A DNA stretch of 18,440 nt from Ginkgo biloba (lineage: Eukaryota; Plantae; Ginkgophyta): assembly GCA_024626585.2 (NCBI GenBank), contig JANKJI020000004.1:20688837-20707276 (forward strand), read 5' to 3'. The translations under genes and the position numbers were made by a program. Every line of letters begins with the position of its first letter. The first letter of the stretch is position 1. The notes under the pieces are model-generated. The model was not told where the DNA came from and did no database searches. It saw only the letters and a program-made list of their open reading frames with translations. This document shows, in pieces, positions 1 through 9,839 of this stretch.

Positions 1-830
1 TATGTTGATGTTTATGCATTGACTTGTATAGAAAATATATACTATAATGAATTGATTTTGAAAATGATCCCTAGGTCACTTTTAGGAGAAGCTCTCAAGT
101 GGTTTTATAGGCTACTAAAGAGTTTTATATCTTCATTTCAATAACTTATATATCTCTTTATGAGGTACTTCAATGTTTCTAATCCCTATGACATTGGACC
201 AAGATATATTTTTAATCTTAAATAGGGAAATGATGAATCTAATTTTGAATTTATCATGAATATATTACCACTAATACATTCATGTGTAACTCCCTTTTAT
301 GGGAGACAACTATGTGGCACACTCATGAATTCACTTAGGTCCCAAGTCTATTTAGAAGTTTTTAATGTAGGTCCTACCTCCTATGAGGATATTATTAATA
401 AATTCCTAACCATAAAGTCTTACAAAATTTAGCCTATACTTAAGTAAAAATCTAAATACTCTAGTGGTTCCTCTTCCAAAATCAAAATTCCACTAGCAAT
501 GGATTTTCTAGATCAAATATTAGCACCTCATCATAGATAAAATACTTGACCCCATCACATATGCAATCAGACAACTAAAGAGGACCATCATAAATATGGA
601 TAAGCATGGTCCTCAAACAAATAAAGAACAAACAAGGGAAGATTATAAACCTAAGAAGGAGACAAAATCCATTCACTTAATTGAACAAAACCTAAAACTT
701 CCCAAGATGAAAAATCGTCTTNNNNNNNNNNNNNNNNNNNNNNNACATTTGTGTGACTCCCATAAGTTCTTTGCACATGACAAAAATAATTGTCTTGCCC
801 TTTAATGTCTTTAAAGACTAGTTGAAAGAG
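1..830 (+). mobile_element. gag: Degenerate Ty3/gypsy (Tat/Ogre-like) gag: Retrotrans_gag domain plus CHHC zinc knuckle
   Basis: Frame 1 reads KMIPRSLLGEALKWFYRLLKSFISSFQ*LIYLFMRYF...IFNLK*GNDESNFEFI, matching the plant gag pattern FPxSLxGxAxxWFxxLPxxSIxSFxQL...LKQ. Stops occur at 142 (TAA) and 223 (TAG). 752-793 encodes CDSHKFFAHDKNNC (C-x2-H-x4-H-x4-C). Confidence 0.85.
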
Positions 831-1574
831 ACAACTAAAATTATAAACCCAATAATTAGAAGAAAATTTATAAATACCTTTTATCACAACATGATAATTA
901 AAATGGAAAACTGAAACAAAATTAATAAATTCTCAAAAGGAAAGAATATTCATTAATTGATTCATCATATTCATNNNNNNNNNNNNNNNNNNNNNNNNNN
1001 NNNNNNNNNNNNNNNNNNNNNNNNNNNNNNNNATGGATCTAAAGTATTAGAACCTTAATCATCTCATTTCCAATCCCTACATTCCTTAAATAAATAATTT
1101 AAAGGAAATGAAATTAATGTAATTAGTATGATTGATTCTATATTAACTCATCATCTAGAGATTCTTATTAGAACTATATCATAAGTACAAAAGGAGGTAC
1201 TTATATCACTAAATCCCACAAAAATCATGCAACCTCCCCTTACACATGAAACTTCATATTCACAACCAAACCAATGAATTTATAAAACTCTTCTCATCAC
1301 TTAGAAACCATCCCAAGAAAAATCCATTCCTAGGAGGCTAATAAGAATAGATTTCTAGAGACCTTTTCTATAACTTACAAAAGGGAAATCTTACTCAATT
1401 ATTGAATTGATATAATCCATCTTAGTTGTGATGTATTTGATGGATTTGTTCAAATGCTATCCTGAATCAAAAAAATACTTCCTAATTTAACTCTTAATAA
1501 TCATTTCCCCCTCCTAAAAAATCTCTATTCATCTTTGATCTAATAAACCTTCCTAGTGAGAAAGAGAGAAAAAA

Positions 1575-1832
1575 GAGCCTATCATCCCCCTTTTACANNN
1601 NNNNNNNNNNNNNNNNNATATCAAGATATTCATTATGGATTATCGATAAATGTTTAACTTTATACCAATATCTATAATGAAACAATTTGGAGTTAAATAT
1701 CTTGAACCTACAACATAGATGTGCCAATGATATGATAAAGTATAAAGATTTCCCCTTAGAATATATGTAAATCTAATCACTTTAGATGGAAAAAATATCA
1801 CTATAGTAATAGTATTATACTAATAATTAGAA
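1575..1832 (+). mobile_element. Degenerate retrotransposon aspartic protease region
   Basis: HPPFY precedes a 20-N gap. The frame from 1620 then reads IKIFIMDYR*MFNFIPISIMKQFGVKYLEPTT*MCQ*YDKV*RFPL, resembling gypsy protease xxDxGASxNxMPxxxMxxLG. It is collinear and co-oriented with the upstream gag. Confidence 0.65.
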
Positions 1833-1932
1833 NNNNNNNNNNNNNNNNNNNNNNNNNNNNNNNNNNNNNNNNNNNNNNNNNNNNNNNNNNNNNNNNNNNN
1901 NNNNNNNNNNNNNNNNNNNNNNNNNNNNNNNN

Positions 1933-2042
1933 TTGAGGTCACAGAGTTAATTGAAAATCATACTTTTAATTTGAATACTCTCAAAGGAGATATCCTTCCC
2001 ATTTTAGTTAATGGGAAATATATTAAATTGTTCTATTCCTAA
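1933..2042 (+). mobile_element. C-terminus of a Ty3/gypsy pol (integrase tail after the GPY/F motif) with terminal stop
   Basis: EVTELIENHTFNLNTLKGDILPILVNGKYIKLFYS* (TAA 2040-2042) matches the typical ending LxxLxGxxLPxxVNGxxLKxYY*. Confidence 0.75.
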
Positions 2043-2504
2043 AAGTATTGGTTGAGGTACCATTGTATTATATATACATACATATAGAGTTATCATTTTT
2101 TTTGGTCTTTTTCTAGTATATTCAATAGACTAGTTTTTGCATATCTTGCAAGCGATGATGCCAACTAAGGAGGCCACTCATTGACCCCTTTAAGGGGAAC
2201 CCCTATGTTTTTAATTTTTTAGCAGAAAATGCTCATTACAAGATCCATCACTCACAAAGAAGATGGATGAAAATGGTGATTAGTATCATCCAAGTAAGGA
2301 TAGTGAGAGAAGAAATCATAGGGAGTCTACTATGTATACAACCCTCTACCAAATACCAAAGTAATGGAAATGAAAGGATGATGAGATAGGGTCGAGTTTC
2401 AAGTGCCTGACACTTATTCAATATTTTTAGGAGTTTAAAGAAATTTGAGGCGAAGAGGCATAAATTAACATTTGGTGTATGCAAAACTCAAAGAAACCAT
2501 ATGA

Positions 2505-3139
2505 AAAAATAAATTGTGCTCATAAGAAGTAAAGTTTAAGGGTATTGCTACAAAGGAGTCCTCTCCCTATACACTTTAATTACCTTATCCAAACTAGGGA
2601 ATAATTTTATGACCATGGAATAAGACACAAAGAAAGGAATATGCTTCTCCCTAGATTCTTTAATGACCTTAGCTAAACCAAAAAATAATTTCATGACCAT
2701 GGATTGACATACAAATGCAAGGGAGATGCTTCAATGACCCTAGAAAAATAGGGAATAATTTCATTACTAGAGAGGCATTTGAAGGCTAGATCAGGGAGTG
2801 GATACATAATCAAGGACGAAGACCAATCAACAATTTTGTAAACCTATTCCATGTGGTGAATATGAAAAAGGGATAATATTCATAATGAAGCCCTTCGACC
2901 CAAAAATAAATTATGCTTATGAGAAGTAAATCTTAAGGAGCCCACTATGGAAAAGTATTCTCCTTGATTAGATCAGGGAATGATATGATGAACAAGACTA
3001 GGGATTGACTTCACATGTAATGACCAAGGAGTGAAACCCAACAATAAGGGAGATGTTTCTTACAGGACGCTTCAATGACCCTGTCTAAACCAGGAGGTAG
3101 TATCATAAACAAAGAATAAGGAATTATGTCTCCCTAGAA
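2505..3139. repeat. Degenerate tandem/sub-repeat array, probably within an LTR or 3' untranslated part of the retroelement
   Basis: Units start AAT(G/T)ACC at 2578, 2662, 2733, 3019 and 3074; those at 2578, 2662 and 2733 continue into (GG)AATAATTT(C/T)AT-type sequence. 2505-2541 vs 2902-2938 are 32/37 identical. GATCAGGGA occurs at 2789 and 2971. The array lies 3' of the pol stop. Confidence 0.6.
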
Positions 3140-3249
3140 NNNNNNNNNNNNNNNNNNNNNNNNNNNNNNNNNNNNNNNNNNNNNNNNNNNNNNNNNNNNN
3201 NNNNNNNNNNNNNNNNNNNNNNNNNNNNNNNNNNNNNNNATGTTAATAC

Positions 3250-3284
3250 CTCATCATCTCGGTTCTCCTCCGCCCAACAGTCAT
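3250..3284 (-). CDS. AGAL: Alpha-galactosidase exon 4 ([12 protein letters not shown])
   Basis: 35 nt; acceptor CTCCAG, donor AG|GTATTA; the following intron enters the 100-N gap at 3239. Confidence 0.95.
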
Positions 3285-3959
3285 CTGGAGTAAATTTATT
3301 TATTTTAGACTAAAATTGAGCTTCAATTGATTCAAAGAATTTATTTATTTTAGACTAAAATTGAGCTTCAATTGATTCAAAGAATGAACACATGCAGTTT
3401 CTGCAATGCAGAGATAAATTATATGCAAGTGTTGAATATCTGACCTATATTCACATATTCATATCCAATTGCAGACAATCCAGTCCAGACCATTGCATCA
3501 GCTGTAATACCCATGACATCAATATACCCTGATTTAGATTCCTCAAAAAATTTGACAACATTAAAACTATAAATGAGACCACTGAATGCTATAACTATTA
3601 TAAGCTACCTGTTTCACGAATAATATTTTCATTTATTCGGCAATGAAAGTGATTCCAACTGTTCCATCTGAACACCAAAAAAAAACCCACGACATCTGTC
3701 AATGCAAACAGCACCAGAATAGCAAATGATTTATAAACATGCCAAAGGTCATTGCATGATGAATTATAATCCACCGTGATTTCTTCTTCCTTTGGTTTTT
3801 TTTGGCCATTGCTTACCCCATCTGAGGCTTAACACCAAGCCCATTTGATATTAAATTTCTTCGATATTCAATAAGCTGTGTTACACGAGCTGCATTGGCC
3901 TGATTCCAAAAGGCAATGACCCAAAAAAACACAAGAAAAACATATGACATATTCGTCAT
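3250..3959 (-). CDS. AGAL: Alpha-galactosidase (glycoside hydrolase family 27, AGAL2-like), exons 1-4, 3'-partial (runs into an assembly gap)
   Basis: complement(join(3250..3284,3445..3501,3609..3667,3817..3959)), all introns GT-AG. It translates without stops to [98 protein letters not shown]. This has a hydrophobic signal peptide and the GH27 motifs [15 protein letters not shown] and GYxYxNxDDCW. Confidence 0.96.
3293..3385. repeat. Perfect 45-bp tandem duplication in alpha-galactosidase intron 3
   Basis: AATTTATTTATTTTAGACTAAAATTGAGCTTCAATTGATTCAAAG at 3293-3337 and 3338-3382, followed by a further AAT. Confidence 0.97.
3445..3501 (-). CDS. AGAL: Alpha-galactosidase exon 3 ([19 protein letters not shown])
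   Basis: 57 nt; acceptor TTACAG, donor AG|GTCAG. Confidence 0.95.
3609..3667 (-). CDS. AGAL: Alpha-galactosidase exon 2 ([19 protein letters not shown])
   Basis: 59 nt; acceptor TTCAG, donor AG|GTAGC; phases fit exons 1 and 3. Confidence 0.95.
3817..3959 (-). CDS. AGAL: Alpha-galactosidase exon 1 (signal peptide to PQMG)
   Basis: ATG at 3959 (alternative in-frame ATG at 3950); 143 nt; donor GG|GTAAGC at 3816. Confidence 0.93.
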
Positions 3960-4038
3960 GTTTGCCTCTCCTAAATCAGTAGTAGGGACAAAAACCAGAA
4001 ATACAAAACTCCCTACAAGCTTGCACTCCTAGACTCGA

Positions 4039-4061
4039 ATATATATATAAGCTTCAGCCCA
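4039..4061 (-). promoter_or_regulatory. TATA box and site II-like motif of the alpha-galactosidase gene
   Basis: The minus strand reads TGGGCT (4061-4056) then TTATATATATAT (4050-4039), 80-90 nt upstream of the ATG. Confidence 0.65.
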
Positions 4062-4399
4062 TTAATAACCCAACATAGATTTTCATTTTCTAAATACCCA
4101 AAAGCCTANNNNNNNNNNNNNNNNNNNNNNNNNNNNNNNNNNNNNNNNNNNNNNNNNNNNNNNNNNNNNNNNNNNNNNNNNNNNNNNNNNNNNNNNNNNN
4201 NNNNNNNNNNNNNNNNNNNNNNNNNNACCATGTTCAATTTTATTCTAGTTCTCACAAATATTTTGGGTTATTGGACTTGAACACGCAAGTTAAAGAGAGG
4301 TTAGGGATTTGGTTGGGGAGTTAGTGGGAATGGGAGGAAGGCCCATCTGAATCAAAGTGGGGACATGAAGTGTAGGTTCACTTCATCCCATTACTTTTC

Positions 4400-4507
4400 T
4401 ACGTGTCAGAGGCGAAATCTACGCACTTCCCAATGTTTTGTTCATTTCTCCTTGTCTCATTTCGGAGAATGCCCGTGACATCTCAACTGTATTATTATCT
4501 ACCGACA
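4400..4507. promoter_or_regulatory. ABRE (TACGTGTC, 4400-4407) and DRE/CRT (TACCGACA, 4500-4507) upstream of the alpha-galactosidase
   Basis: Exact matches to established ABRE and DRE cores in CpG-retaining, non-TE-like DNA about 440-550 nt upstream of the ATG, across a 118-N gap. Function is not demonstrated. Confidence 0.45.
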
Positions 4508-6676
4508 AAATCTGTACAGATTGCTTCATATTAACAAAATCGTGTGGGAATTGGTCATCTACTCCATTGAAAATAAGTGAAGGTGTAGGCGTGTGTCATC
4601 ACTTAACTGTATGGATTGAGATGGGAACATTGAGAAATCGGTGGGGTTAAGGTTCACCACCACTCATGGCTTCTTGAACTGACATTTGGGTATTATTATT
4701 ATAATTATCATGCGTCGATAACATTAGAAAAATAATTAGTGAAGAATCAGAATGATTTTGGACTCTGCAGCTGGATCCACAGAGGGAATAATTAAAGCAG
4801 ATAAGATCGGCCAATGCTGTAAGCAGGTGAGTATAGATATATAACATATTGGGATTGAGATGATACAAGTTATGGATTTATGGAATTGAAGTGCAGGGAA
4901 TGGATTTGACAGAGGAGAGTGTGAAAAGTTATTAATTATCATAGTTTCAGATAAATTAACATGATTGGACAGTTTTTGCATTTTGGAGATTATTGACAAT
5001 TGGCAGAAGTCATAACTGAGACTCGGGAGTGAGACAGCCTTGGGTGGATGACCTGCCAAATGAAATACGAGTGTGTTTAGATTTGAGTGAAAATGATGTC
5101 ATGGGTGAGTGTGGGCACCATTATTGTTGGGGAGTCATGTTTGTGAAATGCTATTATTTACATTTAGAATGTAGAGCGCACATAGAATGTGGGGAAATAT
5201 GAAAAAACATATTAGACTCGCTTGGGTCTTTTGAAACTCACCCAATAGAGTTGCTTTTGACCATAATATGGTGTTAGTTTAGACAAACACAAAAACATAC
5301 ATGAGAAAATGGGTTCCATAAATAGACCCACATGAGGTGAAATCCAATGAAGATACTAGTAGTGTAATAATCCCATTCCTTAGAACTTACCTTGAGGCAT
5401 TGGCTTGTATTACATGTGCAAATTAAATCTCTCAATAGATTATTAAGGGATTAATAACATTTGATTAGTCATCGATGCCTACCATTCAAGTTGTGTACTA
5501 TTATCTACTAAATGTAAGTATGTGCTCAGCAATAGCCCATAAAAAAAATACAACAAAAGGAGGTTATAAAGCATGATTGTAAAATTTAAACATAGATGTT
5601 TTGTGAGTTGTGAAAGCTCCATATACACGAATGTAGTGAGATGGATTAAGTGGATGGCCACACAAAATTAAAGTATTGAGAAGGATAATTATGTTATTGG
5701 TATGTCATCTATAATAGAATAGGACCCAACGCATATGGCTAGCTATCCCTACACGGGAATCGATGCCTTAACACCTCATTGAGTATAAAACTAGGTTATC
5801 ATTTTTCGTCCTTCAAATTAGTCACTTCTATTAATATATGTTTACATATCATGCCTTCGTTTGCATGCATGTGCAAAAATAGTCTAGGACCACTAGGGCC
5901 AATGATGGCATATTCATATAATAAAACTATATGTACAAGAGACATTATTATGCATAGTCTCTCTATTAGTTAGGCAACAAAAACATAACTTGCTTATATA
6001 GTTCTACTTCATTCAAACTTGCACTACTATACTTATCTAGAATCTTAGCGTTGGACCATTTTTTTTTTGGGGGCATTATTTTTATATTTTTTTAAGTTCG
6101 TACCAGGCAAATTTGTATTAGACTGGTGCTGCGTTGATATTTTGTATAGTAAATGCAAACATGAGAAGAATGACACATCGTCTCTTATTAAAAGGTTTTG
6201 AAAACTTTGGAAAATTTGAGAATGACATCAAATCACCAACTCTAAAATTTTGAAACCTCTAGAAGTCTGAGGATTTTTCAATGTGAGGTTTACAAATGCT
6301 TTTCTCCTAAGCCATCACCATTAGTCATTTTGTGACTATTTGTAATGGAAGATGGTGCGTATCCCATATGCCTTTACACATATGCTCGCTATAAGCCTTC
6401 TTTCATTCCTAGAAGAGGTGTAGCAATCGACATTGGCCACCTTGGGTCCCTTGAATTTTGATCCCAAATTTAGTAAAATATGCACCAAAAGACGCTAATT
6501 TTTTAGTAAATTAAATTGCTTGGGACTAATTCAATGGCCATGAAATATTTCTTGACTAAAAATAGAGCATATTAATGACAAATTAAAGGATTGGGAACTA
6601 ATCAAGAGAAGGAAAGTGAACTGCAAAAGTTTTTTATTTAGAGCGGAGTCCATTAACATGGTTTTGAAGGGTGCAG

Positions 6677-7027
6677 ATGCCTATGGAAGGTATTATTCAA
6701 GGTATAGAAGGCAATATTGGGAATATTTTAAGGAGGAGCTTTGATGTCAAGTTCTCATACCATCATAGATCCTGTTCACACAACGTGTTCGATGTCGGTG
6801 TCATGGATGACAATCATTACAAAATCGAGGTTTTATAGGAAAGTTGTTGGGCTAATATGCCAATTGAGTTACTGGGAGATGTTATCGAAAGAATTGAGGC
6901 GAGTGAAAGCACTTAGCCAGCGCGAAAGAATGTTGTAGTTTGCACCATTGTTTGTAGAACTATCAAAGAGATCTTGAAGCCTCACCAAGAGTTTGGAAAA
7001 CTGATGTTTCATATTTTCTTGTAACAA
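6677..7027 (+). pseudogene. TLP: Tubby-like F-box protein (TLP) pseudogene, first coding exon
   Basis: MPMEGIIQGIEGNIGNILRRSFDVKFSYHHRSCSHNVFDVGVMDDNHYKIEVL*ESCWANMPIELLGDVIERIEASEST*PARKNVVVCTIVCRTIKEILKPHQEFGKLMFHIFL*Q matches the plant TLP N-terminus (SRRSFDV; SCWANMPPELLRDVIxRIEASESTWPARKNVVACAxVCRSWREITKEIV...GKLTFPISLKQ). Stops occur at 6836, 6914 and 7022, with an ~4-codon deletion after CRT. A GT donor follows at 7028. Confidence 0.93.
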
Positions 7028-7244
7028 GTCGGTTATGCAATTCATTTCATATTAGTACGGTTTTTACAATTTGTATTTTTTTTTAAGCATTTTTTTTCAT
7101 TTTATACATGTGTGGCAATTATTTGCCACATGTAAAGGATTAGTNNNNNNNNNNNNNNNNNNNNNNNNNNNNNNNNNNNNNNNNNNNNNNNNNNNNNNNN
7201 NNNNNNNNNNNNNNNNNNNNNNNNNNNNNNNNNNNNNNNNNNNN

Positions 7245-9600
7245 TTCATTTTTGTGTGAGGAGAAAACTTATGTGATTTAAATAAAAATCTAAATGATAT
7301 CTTAATCCTAAGTGCCCTTAATCAAGAGAGTTCCACCATTGTTAATGTTGAATACATAAGAATGTTGTTATCTCATATACCCATCATTATTCCATTTGGG
7401 AGGACCTCATATGGGTTCAACCAATCTTAAAAGTGGCTCAATAAATATAGAACTAAATATTAATGCGACAAGATCTTGGTATTCAATTAGTCCTAATAGA
7501 ACAAGTGTGTCAAGTTAAGTGCCACCTGATTCACATAAATGATTTGGGCCCTACATCACTAAAGTCCACACGGGAGATGTTCTAGTACATGGTTTTACGG
7601 TGGATTTATGTGCAATATTCAATGTCCTACTCCTTTAGATGATAGAGGAATCGTGTTTGGTTGTATCTAGGTGTATTTGTTTCTCTTTATTAACCTTTGA
7701 TGCTAAAATGATTAAACCCCTTAGAGTGAATGGAAATGTCTTTGTGGAGTTGGGTACAACCTTCCTTCATATCTAGTTTATTATGATGTAATTGGCATAA
7801 TGATTAAATTATCCTATGCTATTAGGTCATCCCTAGTTTTTGACACAATGAGTCATTAAGGATTAAGATAGGATCTGTACGAGTATACAAGGAGAAGATA
7901 GGATATTGATCTAAATTTAATACACTTATGGGGGGTATCCTCTATTGATCAATCAATTAGATAGGGATGAAGGTTTTATAGAGGAGGGAATTGGCCTTTA
8001 TACCCTTAATTATTCAAAAATATTGAGCATGATTAGGGTATAAAGGGGATTGAATGTGAGCTAGAGGACACCAAAATTTTCCTTCACTCTATAAGACATG
8101 ATAAAAAATATTCTTGATAGGGGTAAGGAGTGAAATAGTAGGGAATACCATGAGGAAATTCATAATTTTATGAGGAATATCGACCTTTACAAATAACATC
8201 CATAGGATAAATTAGAGTAGATCATTAGGGCCTTGACCTAAACAACCCTATTAGACCTCGAGGCTTCAAGATCAAGACTGTCCCAGTGAGAAGGGAAGGA
8301 ATATGAACTATCTAATGAGTGATTCCTTTGATGTATTATGGGCCCTAATCCTTAATATTCCATGTCATAGGTCTNNNNNNNNNNNNNNNNNNNNACGGAT
8401 ATTCTAAACCAATTTTAGGAGAGAGATCTTAAGGAAGTCCTTTTAAATTATGATATTATTGACAATTAGAGGGAATGGAGGCATTTAGAAACCCTTTCAT
8501 CTCTATAAGGTCCTTTAGTGTTGGATTTTGATAATGATGAAATACCAAATGGGATATCTCTAGAGGATTTATAGGAGCATTTTATAACCTTATATATTTT
8601 ATATCATAAAGGATCNNNNNNNNNNNNNNNNNNNNNNNNNNNNNNNNNNNNNNNNNNNNNNNNNNNNNNNNNNNNNNNNNNNNNNNNNNNNNNNNNNNNN
8701 NNNNNNNNNNNNNNNTTTTGTATGAGTGTTGTGGTGGGTTCTCAAGTATTGATGTGTCTCTTTATTGGGATACATGTGGGATCGATATGTATGGAGAATC
8801 TTCCAGCACAAAGTTCAGTGTTGAGAAAAAAGTATGACAACGCTTTAGGAGAAAGTATGACATGGTCAGAAAAACCCGTAATGCTTATAGAAAGTGCCAC
8901 ACCTTTTTCTCAAATCCATACAAACTTATATCTTACAAAGGATCTTGTTGCAGATAGAAATAGAGATATATAGTTTGTGCACAGAGGCTATTACAATCAA
9001 ATTTATAGAGAACAAAGAGAGGTGAAGACATGATTACCCCTTAGTTTAGATCAAATACTTCCATATCTTAAAGTTTTATTTTAGTATTCTACCATTAGGT
9101 AAACCAGGACATATGTATTTACTATATAGAATTTTAAAATATTATTTTCTTTTTTACTATAAAATAAAATGATTAGATCATATTATTAGCATCTAAGTAA
9201 ATTCCTCAACCAAAGGATAGATTTGGCAATGGTATTTCCACCATATTCCATAGAATCACTAAAATAAGTATTTTTAAAATGACTAGCTCATAGCCCTATA
9301 ATATAGTGCATCTTATGGGGTCATATATTTTAAGAGTAATCATTACATTATTATCATAAAAAATCCTATCTTATCCCAACATAAATCATTACACATTGGG
9401 AAAACCCATGAAAGGTATATTGGATAATCCTCACCATGAGAATTCTATGGGGTGTCATATTAGGTTTGTATAACATACCAAGATAAATCCTTTGATATTT
9501 TAATGGGCTTTAATAATTTGGATGAAGAATAACTCATGGAATATTTCAACTAGATAAATTTTCTAATGTAGGAAAAAACTTATGGTATATTTTTTTATAA
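7245..9600. mobile_element. Highly decayed retrotransposon-like DNA, partly gag-like
   Basis: CpG-poor and stop-rich with no host-gene motifs. ~9038-9073 (PLSLDQILPYLK) resembles ~490-535 (PLAMDFLDQILAPHH) in the gag block. The region spans a 100-N gap, so it may be two elements. Confidence 0.4.
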
Positions 9601-9713
9601 AAGGTAAGATTTTATTAATAAATAAAAATATCTTAATATAAAATCCAACTTATAATCAACCATTTTATAATTAAATCATTATCATTAGAGACACAAAAAG
9701 ATAACCCCTTAAA

Positions 9714-9829
9714 TCATACACTCATAGGGATTTTATTTTCCAATACCCTAACGACTTCCTTCATGGTTGGACGATTTTGAGGAATCTCTGCGGTGCAAGC
9801 CAATCCCAACTTGAGCATCTCAAGTATCT
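9714..9829 (-). CDS. Receptor-like protein kinase C-terminal fragment (subdomain XI to stop), 5'-partial; possibly a pseudogene fragment
   Basis: ILEMLKLGLACTAEIPQNRPTMKEVVRVLENKIPMSV* (codons 9827->9714) matches the RLK/Pelle pattern LxxGLxCTxxxPxxRPTMxEVVxxLE. It is bounded upstream by a 10-N gap. Confidence 0.85.
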
Positions 9830-9839
9830 NNNNNNNNNN

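Noticed and set aside
1620-2042. Protease apparently adjacent to the integrase tail, suggesting an internally deleted element lacking RT/RNase H
   Set aside because: The two parts are separated by an exactly 100-N gap of probably unknown size, so adjacency cannot be inferred.
2505-3385. Repeats as a CRISPR-like array or prokaryotic defence locus
   Set aside because: The units are degenerate or directly tandem with no unique spacers, there are no cas genes, and the DNA is eukaryotic with spliceosomal introns.
4906-4926. TTGACAGAGGAGAGTGTGAAA is 17/21 identical to miR156 (or an SPL-type target site on the minus strand)
   Set aside because: There is no complementary star arm nearby, four mismatches, and no SBP-domain coding context.
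5272-5459. TGTTA...TAACA-bounded 188-bp segment resembling a short solo LTR
   Set aside because: The flanks TATGG and TTTGA are not a target-site duplication, and 5-bp termini are common by chance in AT-rich DNA.
4438-5973. ORF-track entries of 60-107 aa upstream of the alpha-galactosidase
   Set aside because: No recognisable motifs, and most have non-ATG starts; consistent with random ORFs.
6741-6938. 65-aa ORF in the track
   Set aside because: It is an off-frame shadow of the TLP pseudogene exon.
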